DNA of 64,000 nucleotides from Phoronis australis (GCA_002633005.1 NMRA01000023.1:608621-672620), one strand, 5' to 3'. Numbered from the stretch's first letter, positions 24,311 to 37,400 are shown. Numbers and translations are program-made. Notes: generated by a model from the sequence alone, not told the origin.

Positions 24311-27300
24311 ATATATGTATATTCATTATGCTGCTTTGAGACATGTGATTAAGTTGAAAGCCGACCCTTCGATTTCAAAATGCATACATCCCCAGTCAAG
24401 CTAAATTACTAATGTGTTTTCTAGAAATATTTTGCTTTCCAAAATTGTTTTGCCTCCTGATATAGAGTACAGCTTACCTGACATTTACTCTAGACAACGA
24501 ATTAAACAAATTTATTTTCTTCCACACAAACTCTTGTTACCTCCTTATGTTAAAACCTTTAAATATTTCTATATTCATAGAAAAGTGTTTACAAAACTAA
24601 ATTTGAAAAAGATCAATTTAGTAAATAATGATTACAAGTGTGCATCCTGTGGAACTGTTGAAACTTTTAACCATGTTTGTAGAATGTGGCTCTGTGAATA
24701 GTTTGTGGTGTGAAATTCAGAAACTTTTAATTTACGTAACTGCACAACACCATTTAATCTTAGATAAAAATGTTATTTTGACAGCATATTTTGGATGTAA
24801 TTTTGAAGATATTAGTACCATATTGACTAGTTGCCAGTATTTCATCCATAAATATTCTAGAGGCCAGATTATTCCTAGATATTCACAATTTCAATGTTTC
24901 ATGTGTAATTATTGTAAAGTAAGAAATATACAACCCCGTAAAACTGCCTTTTGGGAAACCCTCAATACTTATTTAGCTTAGATCAACCGTGAAGTTCTAT
25001 TATTTAGATATGTGCGTGTGTGTGTGTGGGTGTGTGCGTGTGTTTGTGTGCGTGTGTATGTGCCTGTGTTTCATTTGCATATATCTCATTGTTGTATATC
25101 TTTGTGTATTTAGAAATAAACATTTAAAAAAATATTGTTCATAATCAAGCTCACACGAGCAAAGATTTTATTGTTACTGGTGATTTTAATTATGATGCAT
25201 TGTGTAAGAAGACAGTGGGTAAGATTAAGGCATGGGAACGAGAGTTGGGTATGCAGAATATTATTAACGTGCCCACAAGGGTTACCGACAAAACTTCTAC
25301 ATGCCTTGATCTTATTCTTGTATCAAACGTTGACAAAGTTTTTAAGTTTGATAGTATACCCATTGGGATTAGTGATCATAATCTTGTATTCACCGCGTAT
25401 AAGACTTGTCGCCCTAGGTTTCCTTCACGTATCATTACCAAGCGTTCATATCGCACCTTCGATAACGAAGACTTTCTCAGAGATCTACAGGCGATTGATT
25501 GGGGCGCCGTTACCACCGCTGTTGATCCCGATGCCGCTTGGACGATTTTCAAGCAAAGTTTCATTGGAGTAATTAATAATCATGCCCGCGTAATCCAATT
25601 GAAATTAAAGGGCAAATCACCCGAGTGGTATAATGATAACCTCATAGCTCTCTCTCTCTCGCAAGAGAGATTACCTGAAGCGAATAGCTCAGCGTACTCG
25701 AAATTCATCTGACTGGGGTATCTTTAAGAAAGCCAGAAATAATGTAAACAATGCTTTAAACGGGCTAAGGCTGAGTATTACGACCAAGTTATTAATGAAA
25801 ACAAATCTAACGGGAAAACTCTCTGGAAAATCAAAAAATCAATTTTACCTAACAAGTCCAAGTCTGTCGCAAACGAATTTCTAATTGGAAACGATTTTGT
25901 TTCGGACAAAAGTAAAATAGTAAATGCATTTAATGACTTTTTTTACTGGCATTGGCCAAAAACTTGCTGAGAATTTCAGTATGTCAACTATTGAGCTCCC
26001 GCCCAAGATACAAGAGGGAATATCATTTAAGTTTCAAGACATTCAAGTTGACTACGTCCGAGAACAAATAAAAACTCTGAACTCTAGTAGTGCCAGTGGC
26101 ATCGATAGCATTGATGCCAAACTATTAAAACTGGCGTCTCAACAAATAGCTGAGCCCCTTACCAATATCATGAATTTAAGTTTAAAAACGGCCACAATTC
26201 CTTGAGAATGGAAGATGGCAGTTATTACTCCTGCTCTTAAAGATGGTGAAAAGTCAAGTTGCGAAAATTAGAGACCAAAATTCTCTTCTCTCGGCAGCAC
26301 AGTCTCTGATTTCCGCCCCTTGTATTCCACTCTTACTACAAACATTGATGCTAATGAGTTTATCTTTAATAATATGGATCAGGGGAGGCTAACTGGTGCT
26401 GTCTTTGTTGACCTTAAGAAAGCCTTTGACACTGTGGACCATAGTATCCTATTGCAGAAACTAGAGTCTTATGGAGTTAATGATAACGAACTCCTTTGGT
26501 TTAGAAACTACTTATGCGACCGTAAACAGGCCACCAAATACGGTGGTATACTTTCTGACTACTCAACCGTAATCACGGGGGGTACCTTAGGGTTCCATTT
26601 TGGGCCATCTATTATTCACTATTTTTGTTAACAACCTCCCTACTGTCCTCCTCAACAGTGTCCCAGTTTTATACGCTGATGACACTGTAATTATGCCCAC
26701 AGCTGGATCAGTAAAAGAACTCGAAACTTCTCTCAACGATGAGCTAGCCATTATCCATAACTGGCTGATTCAAAATAAACTCACTCTTAACGTTAGTAAA
26801 ACTAAGTCGATGCTGTTTGGAACCCACCAGAAATTAAAACAACAAAAACTGTCCCTTTCTATCAACGGTTCTCCCATCGAGAATGTTGACAAGTTTAAGT
26901 ACTTAGGCCTTANTATTGTTTACCGGTTTGGAGCACACTAGTGACACACTTGTCAGCAAAGTCCAAGTAATCCAAAATAGAGCCGCCAGGGCTATCCTGG
27001 GTACTAAAATTAGGGACACTAGGGTTGACGACTTGTATTCCAAGCTGGGATTTATGAAAATAAGACAAAGAAATAAATATCTCTCTGCCTGTTGTATGTA
27101 CAGATGTATCAATGGCTTGGCTCCAGCATATCTCAGCAGTAAATTCAATAGCAGCCAGGCTGTACACTGTATATTCTACACGTTCTTCTGTTGCTGGCAA
27201 TGTTTATTCTAAAAAATTAAAACCGAGACGGGCAAGAGATCTTTTATCTATGCAGCTGCTATAATATGGAATTCTTTTAGCCCAGAAATTAAACGGTCCA

Positions 27301-28198
27301 ATTCAATTGCTACCTTTAAAGCAAATATTAAAAGGTGGCTGTTATTTACTTGACCTTTTATACCCTGCCTGTCTTAATCATGTCATTTTTTCATTGTCGT
27401 AAATACTCTCACTGTCTAGAATCATCTCTTAATTTATTTCATCTGTCTTAGTTAAATTTTTACCATTATTTGTCATCTAGTTATTGTCTTAATTCTCAAC
27501 CTGTTTTGATTGTATCTTTGTTACGTATATTTCATTGTTGTTTTATTACTTCATTGTATTATATTACTGTTTTTCTTGTTGAGGGCCCTCTTGGAAAGCA
27601 GTGCTATCACTGAAGAGGCCACCCTCATTTTAAATATCACAATAATAAATAAATAAATAAAAAATCATTACAGCTCGCAGTGCAACATTTAACACTTTTG
27701 CAGGCTATAAAATGGCGAAAGTCAACAATTGTAATATTATAATAGGTGCAACTCTGGGATGGGATTCCTACCAGTGCGCACTGTTGAAGGTAAATATTTC
27801 ATACTAAGAAAGGACTGTTGAAACGGTGGTAATAGCGCATTCCATTTAAGAAACTAGCGGACGCTACATGTGTGTCACAGGTGATGTATGTACACATTTT
27901 ATTCCGGGAGTAGCAATAATTAAACTATCTACGCTAATTTTACAGGGACAGAAAAAAGTTTTAAATAGCACACAGTTTACTATCTTTCTAAGCAGAGCAC
28001 CCAAGATTATTAATATTACTTTATCGTACCATTTGCTACTCTTTCCCTGTGTAGTATGTATTCTCTTTCGTCCCATTTCTTTGCCAGAAAGCGATTAGTA
28101 GCTTTTGCCACGGACTGGTGAGATCGATGAGTAAGCGTTTCTGACGCTCGTCTTCCTTCATGGAACTTCGTGATTTGAACACTAGCGTGTAAAGACAT
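19916..28198 (-). CDS. CFAP97D2: CFAP97 domain-containing protein (CFAP97D2-like; KIAA1430/Hemingway family) with a long low-complexity C-terminal tail, ~745 aa
   Basis: Five phase-compatible GT-AG exons on -: 28030-28198 (HRSHQ...NRFLAKKWDEREYILHRERV), 24165-24235 (VDDKAPPAFVHLQVKLRSLQ), 23554-23672 (QEERLALVERNNRILLERMSHIMRTKG), 22854-23046 (SLNKLQRQQRILRITHENRAILKRI...WEKHF...FPYGW), 19916-21601. Motifs match the CFAP97D1/D2 family as recalled; D1 vs D2 orthology needs phylogeny. Confidence 0.8.
22854..23046 (-). CDS. CFAP97D2-like exon (SLN...ENRAILKRI...WE...FPYGW)
   Basis: ctag acceptor, GAA|GTAAGA donor; family motifs. Confidence 0.85.
23554..23672 (-). CDS. CFAP97D2-like exon (VQEERLALVERNNRILLERMSHIMR...)
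   Basis: tag acceptor, AAG|GTGACT donor; 'EER...I.R.N..LL..M..I' motif. Confidence 0.85.
24165..24235 (-). CDS. CFAP97D2-like exon (KSSVDDKAPPAFVHLQVKLRSLQ)
   Basis: tttag acceptor, CAG|GTAACA donor; 'VD...P....HL..KL' motif. Confidence 0.85.
24268..24311. repeat. (AAAT)n microsatellite
   Basis: Visible directly in the sequence. Confidence 0.95.
24414..25133 (+). mobile_element. 3' remnant of an L1/Tx1-like non-LTR retrotransposon (C-terminal zinc-binding region)
   Basis: Frameshifted CASCGTVETFNH-/-MFVEC...LW (zf-RVT-like CxxC..ET..H.F..C), then (TG)n, AATAAA and an A-rich end. Confidence 0.6.
25136..27664 (+). mobile_element. Decayed 5'-truncated L2/CR1-group LINE (APE endonuclease + reverse transcriptase), antisense in a CFAP97D2-like intron
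   Basis: APE motifs VTGDFN, CLDLIL and SDHNLV; RT motifs VFVDLKKAFDTVDH, LFTIFVNNLP, LYADDT and FKYLG; many stops and frameshifts; 3' stem-loop GAGGG...CCCTC and (AAAT)n tail. Confidence 0.92.
28030..28198 (-). CDS. CFAP97D2-like first coding exon
   Basis: In-frame ATG at 28198 just inside a ctag acceptor (28205-28210); ATG|GTACGA donor; 'N..L..KWD...Y..HR..V' motif. Confidence 0.75.
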
Positions 28199-29826
28199 AC
28201 TTGCCTAGCTAGTAAATAACGAAAAAACGAGAAACCTCTGTTGTTACTTTCGATTAGCCTTACATCTTTGCGATAATCCGTTTGCCGAATCACACATTTA
28301 ATTGACAATTGTTGCGTGGTTTTCGAAGAGTATTCACGCTGCTACAACGTTTATTCAACATTAAGCATGCGCGTGCACGTGTGTCACGCTATATTTTGAT
28401 AACACTATTTGCATGTTGTAGAATTGTTCAACACTTGCTAGATATTCAACACATCGTCTTCACTTGCAAGCGAGATTTTCAATACAGAAATTCTCTGCAC
28501 CCACCCTGTCATGACGACAGTTGAACAAAGCTGATTCACAAGTTATTCATTTACAGTCATTTGCTAGATTACTTAGTTACAATTTTCAGCGAGTTATTTG
28601 TATTCGAAATAATTTGCTACTTTACCTTTTATAACAATTTACATGCACACTTCAAAGAACTTTAAGGTCGTGGACCATATTTCAGTCCTCTAATAGTAAT
28701 GGGAAACACTATAGATAGTGAAATTGTTTTTGATTTTCCTATTTGTTGCATCAGTTTTTTGTCTGGCACCTTCTTTTGGTGTCGTAGCGAATGACTAAAT
28801 AGTTTGCACGCGCTGACAATTTGCTCTGTGACATTCACGCGAGCGTCTTAACAACGGTTTTGCATCCAGAAGAGAGAAAACAAGCATGAACTCTCCAGTG
28901 AGTTGAAGGTTTTGTTTTTGAGATGTTTTTCCGCCAGGAAGTCCATGAACACTTGTTGAAAACTAGGCCTACACCACGCAACGCTTCTGTTTTCATTTGA
29001 TTGGCTGCTGCAAATGTTTAGTGAGATTCAGTTTATCCCAAAACGAGAAACCTGGTTGGCATCAAAAAGTGGGATTCAGTGATGGAATACTGATCCGTGT
29101 AGCAGAGTGAATAATTGCCCCCACGCGGCACATTTAATTCGAAATATCTCTTCAGGGAAATTCTACGGAACTGCTTGTTTTGGGAATTCCCAATACATGC
29201 ATTGGTTTGTCCAGCAGAATAATTAAAGGGACGAAGCGAATGCAAAGTATTGTTTTCAATGGCTGCTCTAGATTCCCTCCGACGGTTCAGTTTATTCAAA
29301 CCGTTAGGACACCCGAATGACTCTCGACTTCGAATTTCTGATAACAGACTAGCCAGCCTGCTAGCTGTATGAAGACTGTCGTCAAAATACAGCTAGGCAC
29401 CACTGTGTGTAGTTCTTCCGTAGACCTCGAAATTGCACAAAGCCAGGGTAGTTCTGCTCGTCACCTCGCCGTGAAACTTGTATCAACATGTAAAGCTAAA
29501 GACCGCACGGGGTGCATGCAAAACCTGGGAATCAACCGATACTCACCTTGCCCGTTACAGCCGTTTAAGTGAAAAACAATGCAATAAACGTCATTTTCTT
29601 GCGTAACTCTCCGCCTTTTCTAACAATGAAGAGTATTTCGTCGTTTTGAAAACAATACGCTCGTGTCACGCGCACTCGCCATTTCCTAAATTTTCGCGAC
29701 AACTTCGGAGAAGCAAAATTTGTTCTGAAATTCGGTTTTTCGGTATCGAAATTCTAAAAACTTGTAATGAAGTGAAACCAGTTCCAATAATTTGTTGTGA
29801 CATGTACGCAAGCTCGTGAAAGAACA

Positions 29827-29979
29827 GCAGTTGATTGAAGAATCTGCGAAAAAAGAAACTGGCCAATAGGTGACACGATATTTCATGTGGAGCGATCTTT
29901 AGCGAGGGCTTTCGGCGCCATGAAATATTGCGTCACTTATTGGCCAGTTTCTTTTTTCGCCGATTCGTCAGTCAAGTGC
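29827..29979. promoter_or_regulatory. Imperfect inverted repeat (~42-bp core arms 29846-29887 / 29919-29960), each arm with a CCAAT box and a TGAC(G/A)C CRE-like half-site; candidate bidirectional promoter element or MITE
   Basis: GCGAAAAAAGAAACTGGCCAATAGGTGACACGATATTTCATG pairs with CATGAAATATTGCGTCACTTATTGGCCAGTTTCTTTTTTCGC. It lies in a CpG-rich stretch between the divergent CFAP97D2-like and CATSPER4 genes. The repeat is seen; its regulatory role is inferred. Confidence 0.4.
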
Positions 29980-30371
29980 ACCGGCTTTCGGGAGGTTGTC
30001 TATGTTGGAAAGAAATGTAGCATTTTTGGTGTTACCTTCATGTTTATTACTTCTATGACCCCCTGGACAAAATGCTGCAGGTCCTGCACCTCACCCTCTT
30101 GCTTATGATGTATATCCCGTAATTTACATTAGCTTCCCTGCTAGATTTTTTATTTACTCTATATTTTGTCTATGCATGTATTTTTCAAACACACCTCTCA
30201 TATTTTTTATATCCTAAATGTTTTAACAAAGACACTTCACAATTTTGAATTTGACAAAATAAAGTCGACGTCTTGCTTACTTCGTCGGAGGACACATATC
30301 TGCTCGGTGTTGCCACGGTCCATGACATAAAAATGGCGGTGGCCAATGAGATTAATCTTGTTAACCTCTTT

Positions 30372-30490
30372 GTGGAAACTCGACGATTTCAGACATATTT
30401 TGAATACACTGCACGGGAGATGCGATGTAGACGATTGCCAAGATATCAGTGCCTATCCACATAACCTCGCCGTTTGACGTTCGCCTAAGT
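30372..30490 (+). repeat. Interspersed repeat, copy 3 of 3
   Basis: Matches 14692-14810. Confidence 0.75.
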
Positions 30491-31436
30491 ATTTCGATTT
30501 AGTTGAAAATAAGGAAATCCCATCAAAAACGTTGCGAGAGCTGTGTACTGTACGTAATACATGATAACGCATGGGCGGCGCACTATTGGGGGCTGGAGGG
30601 GTGGGGGGAGGCACCGCAGAGGGGCTGGGGGTCTATAGCCCCAACTTTCTTCACTGCTGCGCAGCCTATGTAACGTCACACGGAAATAGGGGAACTTCGT
30701 ATCGCATGGGCATGTTTTACTGAGTCGCGTTGCAATAATTGAACAATGCATTAATCATTACGTTACAATCAAACTTATCAAGCGCATATGTTTTACAGTT
30801 TTATGCAACCCAGCCCAGGTGTCTAAACCTGTTGAACCGGACGGATCGGCGGAGTAAATGGAGTGCAGCTATTTCTTGGTTTCATTATGAACTGTTTGAA
30901 CGGCTACCTCAATCCACTCAATTGTATGTAAAACGCACAATAAATATCAACTTATGAATTGTGGGCAGATTTGGTAGAAACATTAATATTCAGAAGCAAA
31001 AGCAATCATAAATGAAATCAAACTTTTCAGACTAGCGAATGGCTCACCAGAATCGACTTTCAACAGTACATTTTTCTAAAGATTCCATGCTTTAGTGTAA
31101 CCATAAGCGCGGTCAGTGTGACTATTTATTGACTCCGATATTTTGAGCGCTAGAGAGAATATAACACGACAATCAGACCAAGTGAATTAAATCTTGTGCA
31201 TAGCATATTGGGTGAATTTTCTTCATTTCATTGAAGACATTCTCAGAAAGGAGAAAGTCAAAGAGTTTGCAAAGGGAATCTGGTGAGGACTTGTAAGTAA
31301 TACTTGTTTTGAGGCATGTTTGTGTTGAATTGAGCGTATTTTTCTCTTGATTACAATTGTTGTAAATTTCTTTATTTCGGTTAATAATGTTTTTTGTTGT
31401 TGAGTTAGGCAAGATTGAGCAAGTAGGACTTGCTTA

Positions 31437-31566
31437 GGCCCAAATTGTCACAAGTAAAAATTGTTACAATTTGGTCAAATTGTGGCAATTTGGGCCTGCA
31501 GTTCTGACAAAAATTGTCACAATTTTGAAGCTGTGACGATCTGGGAAGTTGTGACAATTTAGGCCA
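31437..31566. mobile_element. Small MITE-like element made of AATTGTCACAA-type units in inverted arrangement
   Basis: GGCCCAAATTGTCACAA ... TTGTGACAATTTAGGCC termini with internal copies of the unit. Confidence 0.55.
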
Positions 31567-32054
31567 GCACATAACACGGAACACAATCTTTTAAATAAAG
31601 AAAAGTATTCCGTACACGTCGCATTCAGTCAGTGGCAGCGGCATTGGCCCTTACAACAAGACAATCGTGTGGTAAGTTGGTACAAGGGTATTAAATGTTG
31701 GCTCAGCGGGGTCACAAGTGCTGATGAGCACAAAAAGGATGATGTAACAAGGGCCGGGATTATATATTTTTCTCAAAAACGAAATTATTTTTTAACATTT
31801 TCCGTCCTACTTTGATATGAACTCTTATTCTGAACTCGAGTGCATTACGGCTCTCGTGGATGACTGTGCAACTGTATTTTGCACTTGGTGACCCCATAAT
31901 TTAAGCTCTAAATCCTAGTCTATACTTGACATCTCGAGTTGTTGCGCGAGTTTATAGGAAGAGTCTAGAGGTCATCAAATGCGAATTTGGACTACCCGGT
32001 TCAAAATGGTTTGGGTAACCCGTAATATATTCAAGGACAGAACAAATAAAAAAA

Positions 32055-32710
32055 AACGTACCGAGAGAGGTGTATATAAAGTAATAATCCCACTCGAAAT
32101 TATTTCGTGCATCGACCTAGACTGAATCCCATACGATTCGAATTCCTAAGTTTGTTTCATTTTTCGCAGAGTTTATAATACTTCCGGCAGACTGTTCACG
32201 TGGCGGATCACATCCTGTATGTACGACATGTACTTGGTTGTTAGGTTACAGGTTTTCTCTAGTAAAAACAGTTTTAAATGCAACAATTTATTACTTGATA
32301 AGAGATAACAAATATGAAAACAACGGTGATTGTGCATTGAACTTGCAACAATTCCTGAACATAGCTTAAGTAACCAAAATAACGAGGAATCGGCGCCTGA
32401 GTTGCAGACAATATAATATTTAGCAATTGAAAACTAAGACAGAAGTGTCATACAATTAACAGTTTTGTTCCAGATGTTACGTTTGGGACCTGATTGCATG
32501 TTGAATGTTATATACACTGCTGCAATTGTTTTACTTTAAACTATTTTGGGAAAGTTTGATGATTGAACCGGCTAACGACGTCGAGTCGACTTTGACCTAC
32601 CTTTTGAACTTTACATGTAAGAGGGCGCTGTTAAAGTAGTCCGGTAGGGAAATACGGAAAACAAATATCACTTTTCCGTATTGCACTCGACTGATTCAAC
32701 GTGTAGGTGA
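32055..32710 (+). repeat. ~670-bp interspersed repeat, copy 2
   Basis: Colinear with 13235-13910. Confidence 0.85.
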
Positions 32711-34302
32711 TAACAGATAATTATCCTGAGTTCGAAGGAGAAAGACAAATGTAAAATATATTTTCAAATAAAAAGATTAGCACCCAGGGACATGGTGTCA
32801 TATGATGCAGGTGGTTTACATGAACGAGCAGCTTAGAGATGTATATAGGAATAGTCGTCGTTATGTAAATCATCAGAAAGGAGGGTTGTTGGGTGATAGC
32901 GAGGAACAGTGCTTAACTGGTAACACACAGCAGGCTTCTTAATGAAACGCTATATCCCATCGTGTCGAGTGAATGACTTGTCGCGACTGGCATAGAGGTA
33001 TGCCTGAAGAACATTGGGTAGGGCATGGTTTCGATTCCTGCTCCTCGATATATCTCTCCGCAGATGTATTTCCTTGGGGTTGAACTCGTTTCTCGGCCGG
33101 GGATGTACTGGCGATCGTTGACACGGATTTGCTCATAGAAATTTGATTTTGCCGCTCCCATAGATCACGTGCAGAGAAAACTTGGCTGCGGATCTCAACT
33201 TTAACTTTTAAACGGTGATCGCAAATTCACACCGGATACTGGTCCGTCACCTAACGTTTATTTTTGAAGCTCGTACTCCAATTCAGTAATAACACTTTGG
33301 GCGACAGTGTTCCTTTTATAGTCTTCGCACGACCGATGTAGCTGAAGGTAGGATCATCTTGAAGACTAATGAATCAATCAGGGGAGACCATCAATAGGAT
33401 GAAAACTTAAGCAGAAGGGGTAGTCACGTAGGACGAAACAAATCCATCTCATGGGAAATAATACAAGCAACGGAGTAAAACGAAGTGCACAAGGACAAAT
33501 AGTATCTCCAGACTGTTGCACACAATGTAGTAGGGCACATAGGTCTAGAAGTGGCGATGAACTCCAGGAAAAGAGCTTGAGGTTTGGTGTGTTTTTTGAC
33601 AACCAACAAGCTAACCTGAGAAATAGAGGTGCCAGTTTCACACTTTTGGCTGTTGCAACTTTCTTCGAAGGACGAGTGCCCGTCTTGAGACCACATTGGT
33701 CAGTGCTCAATCACGGTGATCGTCTGGTGAAGAGTAAACACTTTAGCAGTTAATAATGTTTTGAATTTTGGGACTTCTTACCACGGCACCCTAAAATAGG
33801 TGGGTGAACGAATATACTTGGCACCGATGTTCAATGAACTCTGGGGCGCTGTGAATAGTCTGTTTTTCTCATTCATAGCGTGATTTCAGTCTTTAATTTC
33901 TGCTCTAAGGAACGACACAGAGTAAACATAATAAGATTTAACTTAAAAGTGCGAGTCAGAGACAGAAATAACGCTTGATCATGAATTATGTCCACAGTGT
34001 GTGGATACTGGGGGATTGTTTTAAGTTGATGATCTGTAGTTTTTTCGCCTGAACTGAAAGATAATTCAAATATTTACGTTAAAATAACTTTAGGATGTCT
34101 CATTTCAGTTGTCCCTCTGTACAAAGACGCTTTTTATTTGATGCTGCAGCGGTGAGTTAATATTGAAAATTCTGTTTCTAACCTGTAACATTTTAAGAGG
34201 TGACATGTGTAGGAAATCTATTTTTTCAATTTCAAAATCAGGAAAATTAAAAATAGTTTTCTTTGCTCAGTCAAATCCTTTTCCTTGCTAGCTTGTTGAC
34301 AG

Positions 34303-34437
34303 GAAACACATGCTTTTTCATGGAGACCCGCCGCCATTGGAAGATTTTAACGATATTGTTGACATTGACGATAACAGAGCTGAAGATATTGTGTCCCAGG
34401 AACTATGCAGGAAAGTCCTGGAGTCGGGACCATTTAG
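34303..34437 (+). CDS. CATSPER4: CATSPER4 N-terminal exon ([15 protein letters not shown]...VLESGPFR)
   Basis: cag acceptor, AG|GTTTGT donor; phase-2 join to the S1 exon. Confidence 0.75.
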
Positions 34438-37400
34438 GTTTGTATTTCTTATTCTAGCAACAACGGGGTTCAGACTAAATGCGATTTCTCACATGACCTG
34501 TAATGTGTTACGACAAGACTGCTTAATAACACCGAGTACTTAATTTTTTTTTATTACATGAGCGAATCACAAAGTAGTGCAGAATAGAAATTCATACGCC
34601 TTACATTTTATCATCCGCAAAACATTAATACCAAGAACCAAACAATGCCGGAATTCCTCGATGAAAACAAGGTTATGGATGACAAATTGGGTATCGCAAC
34701 TGTAATTAAAAGAGAGGGTGTTCTGTACACGGTAAAAATAGTTGGGACAGATTTTTTTAACATTCATGACGCCAGACTAGCAAAATTAGCTGAAAGTGAA
34801 AAATATCTTAGTGTAACCACTGGCGGGTCAAGTCGGTTCGTCGACTGCCACCCTTACCAAGTCAGTGAAACATATCTATGTACTCCCAGTCGAAAGGACA
34901 TGCAAGCAATTTCATAACGGATCCATCTTCGGCGGCGAATTCCATATCCACATACATTGAAACTGGGAAGAACCTCAACTCAACATGTCACACGGTGAGC
35001 TGACCAGTTGTGCTGTCTCAAGGTCATTTCAGTGCTCAAGCACGGGGTAGTCCTGCTGACTCTGTTATTTATAACAGTTTGTTAACTTTTAAAGTTATAA
35101 CTCCAAAGAGCATTTATTAGGTTCTAACTTCAACGTTTGTTACGAAAGCTAAATGAAATTTAGAATTGTCAAGTTTGCAATAAAATTATTAGCAAAAATT
35201 AACCGGGTTTACTTTGGATTGCCTAATCTTGCATTTACAAAACTTGCGTCATGTGGTTGAAAGTTCCAGACAGGTCGAGTTTTTCGGGAAAAAGATGGTT
35301 TTACGGTTCACGTGAGAAAACAAATCCTACACACGTCTCAGGTTTGTGACATGGGCAAAACCTCTTGGAAATTTCCAAAAGAGTTTGCCTTGATATCATA
35401 AAACTGAGACTCGTGTAGGATTCTCTATATCCCTTTCACTCAACTGAAATTATATTATAGCCATCGTTTGACATTTTTATTAAAGGTGTTACTAAGTTCT
35501 AAAAAAATAACAATACTAGGCCTATACCTTTGAGATAAGGCGTTGCAATGTTTGGTTTCTCAACCAATGTATCTTTACAAACTGCACTATTGACCTGGTA
35601 AAACTGTCAAAAGCATAACTTCGAAAAACAACAAGATAAAAGTAGACGAAAATTACGAAATAGGACAAAAATATTCCGAGTGGAGCGCTCTTCGCCAGCC
35701 GCTGCACTGATCGATACATAAGAACACACCTCTCAGAATGTTCAGCTATTGTTAAACTGAATGTGTACATGTATATTTACCCGTTTTTATATTCTCTTTA
35801 AATGATAAGTCGGTGATGCCGTGCTTCTATTTATATCCTTATGTGGAATCCATTATTTCATACGTAACGCCTGCGGATGAAAACGTTTCTCCTTTAAGTG
35901 TGAACCACGTGTGTTTAATCGTATCATTCATTTGTATAGTACTAAATTTACTCAAATGTTCAATAAATTATTCACACTACGTTGCTGAAGTACATGAAAT
36001 GGAAGAAATTAAAGGGACATTGTCATTATTAAGGCTTAAACCCCACATTGATAGACGGGGTAGACCTTAAGGTCTTAGCAACAACAAAGTATGTTGTAGT
36101 TCTGCGATGTTATTACAAGTTGCGAACTTCTCGGCGTTGCTTGCTAGCCATTCGCTGAAATCAATGTCGGTGACTTTACCAGTTAATACGGGTAAAATAT
36201 GTTTATTTATCGAGTGGGATTGAGCTCCGCCACCACAGCATCAACCGCGGGCTGCAGGTTCGAGTCCGCGTTGTGGCAAATCTCAGAAATTCATTTTCTT
36301 CCCGATAACGACCCTTTAACGAAGTAGACCGACGAGGCGATGTTCGTATTACACTTCGGCCTGCGTTTGTTTTAGGCTGGTGATACTTGGTCTAATCATA
36401 ATCAACGCCATTCTCATCGGTATTCAGACGAACGAAGAACTGGTAAGTCAATACGAATCCGCCGTTTTTAAAATCCCAATATCAAATTATCATCTTTGAC
36501 GATTTTTGTCATAACTTTAAAGCGTCTAAAAGCCATATTCTGATATTTGCTCTTTCTTTGCGTTCTCTGTTTGAATCGGCACTGGTTACAGTAAAACGAA
36601 TATAATTTCTTTGCCGACTAATACGAACCGGATATGAGAAGTTACTTACAGAGCCCTCTCTGGAGCAATAACCAACTGCCGGTTCTTCTCAAGTCTAGCA
36701 GCCATTACTAAACCAAGTAAAGATCACGTTAAGACCGATTTTACAACTGCAAGCGGCCTAAGTCAAATGTTTGCCCTTTTAAGGTGACTGAGTAAATTCA
36801 CAACCATAATAATTAAAGCTGTGTTCACAAAATTTGTTTCAGACTATAGATTACTTCTATCTGTTAACAATCTTCGACCAGTTTGTGCTTACCATCTTCA
36901 TCTGTGAGCTGCTTCTCAAGTGGTACTACGGCTTCTGGGTGTTCTGGAGAGTTGGCTGGAACGTCCTCGACTTTATTATTATCCTCCTGCTATTAGTTGG
37001 ACCAAGTCAGTATTTTCTTGGAGCTCTAGCTTTGCTGATTTTTAAGGTTACGTAAGACTTCATTGGCCAGTCTGTGTGTTTAGCCAAATGTCTATAAAAT
37101 CAAAGATTTTGCTTTGAGAAAGTATGAACTTTTGCTGATATAAAATCAAAGATTTTATATCAGCAAAAGTTCATACTTTCTCAAAGCAAAAGGCCTGCAG
37201 AGTTTAATGTTTGACTTTATACCAATGGGCCGTTAATTGGGTCACGCAACCATGTTTTAGTAAAATTTATCTAAGATAAAAGAGAAAGATACATTGATAG
37301 CAAAACAACAGTATCGATAAATGATCCAATTTTATTTGATATGAATGTCGAGGTGAGATCTCAAAACAATATTGCAGTAGATTGCAGCAGGTTTCTTAAA

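Noticed and set aside
33451-33753. 100-aa ORF upstream of CATSPER4 as a possible N-terminal exon
   Set aside because: No convincing in-phase donor and no similarity to CatSper N-termini that I can recognise.
34645-34917. 90-aa ATG ORF in a CATSPER4 intron
   Set aside because: No family motif or splice support; the flanking exons join in frame without it.
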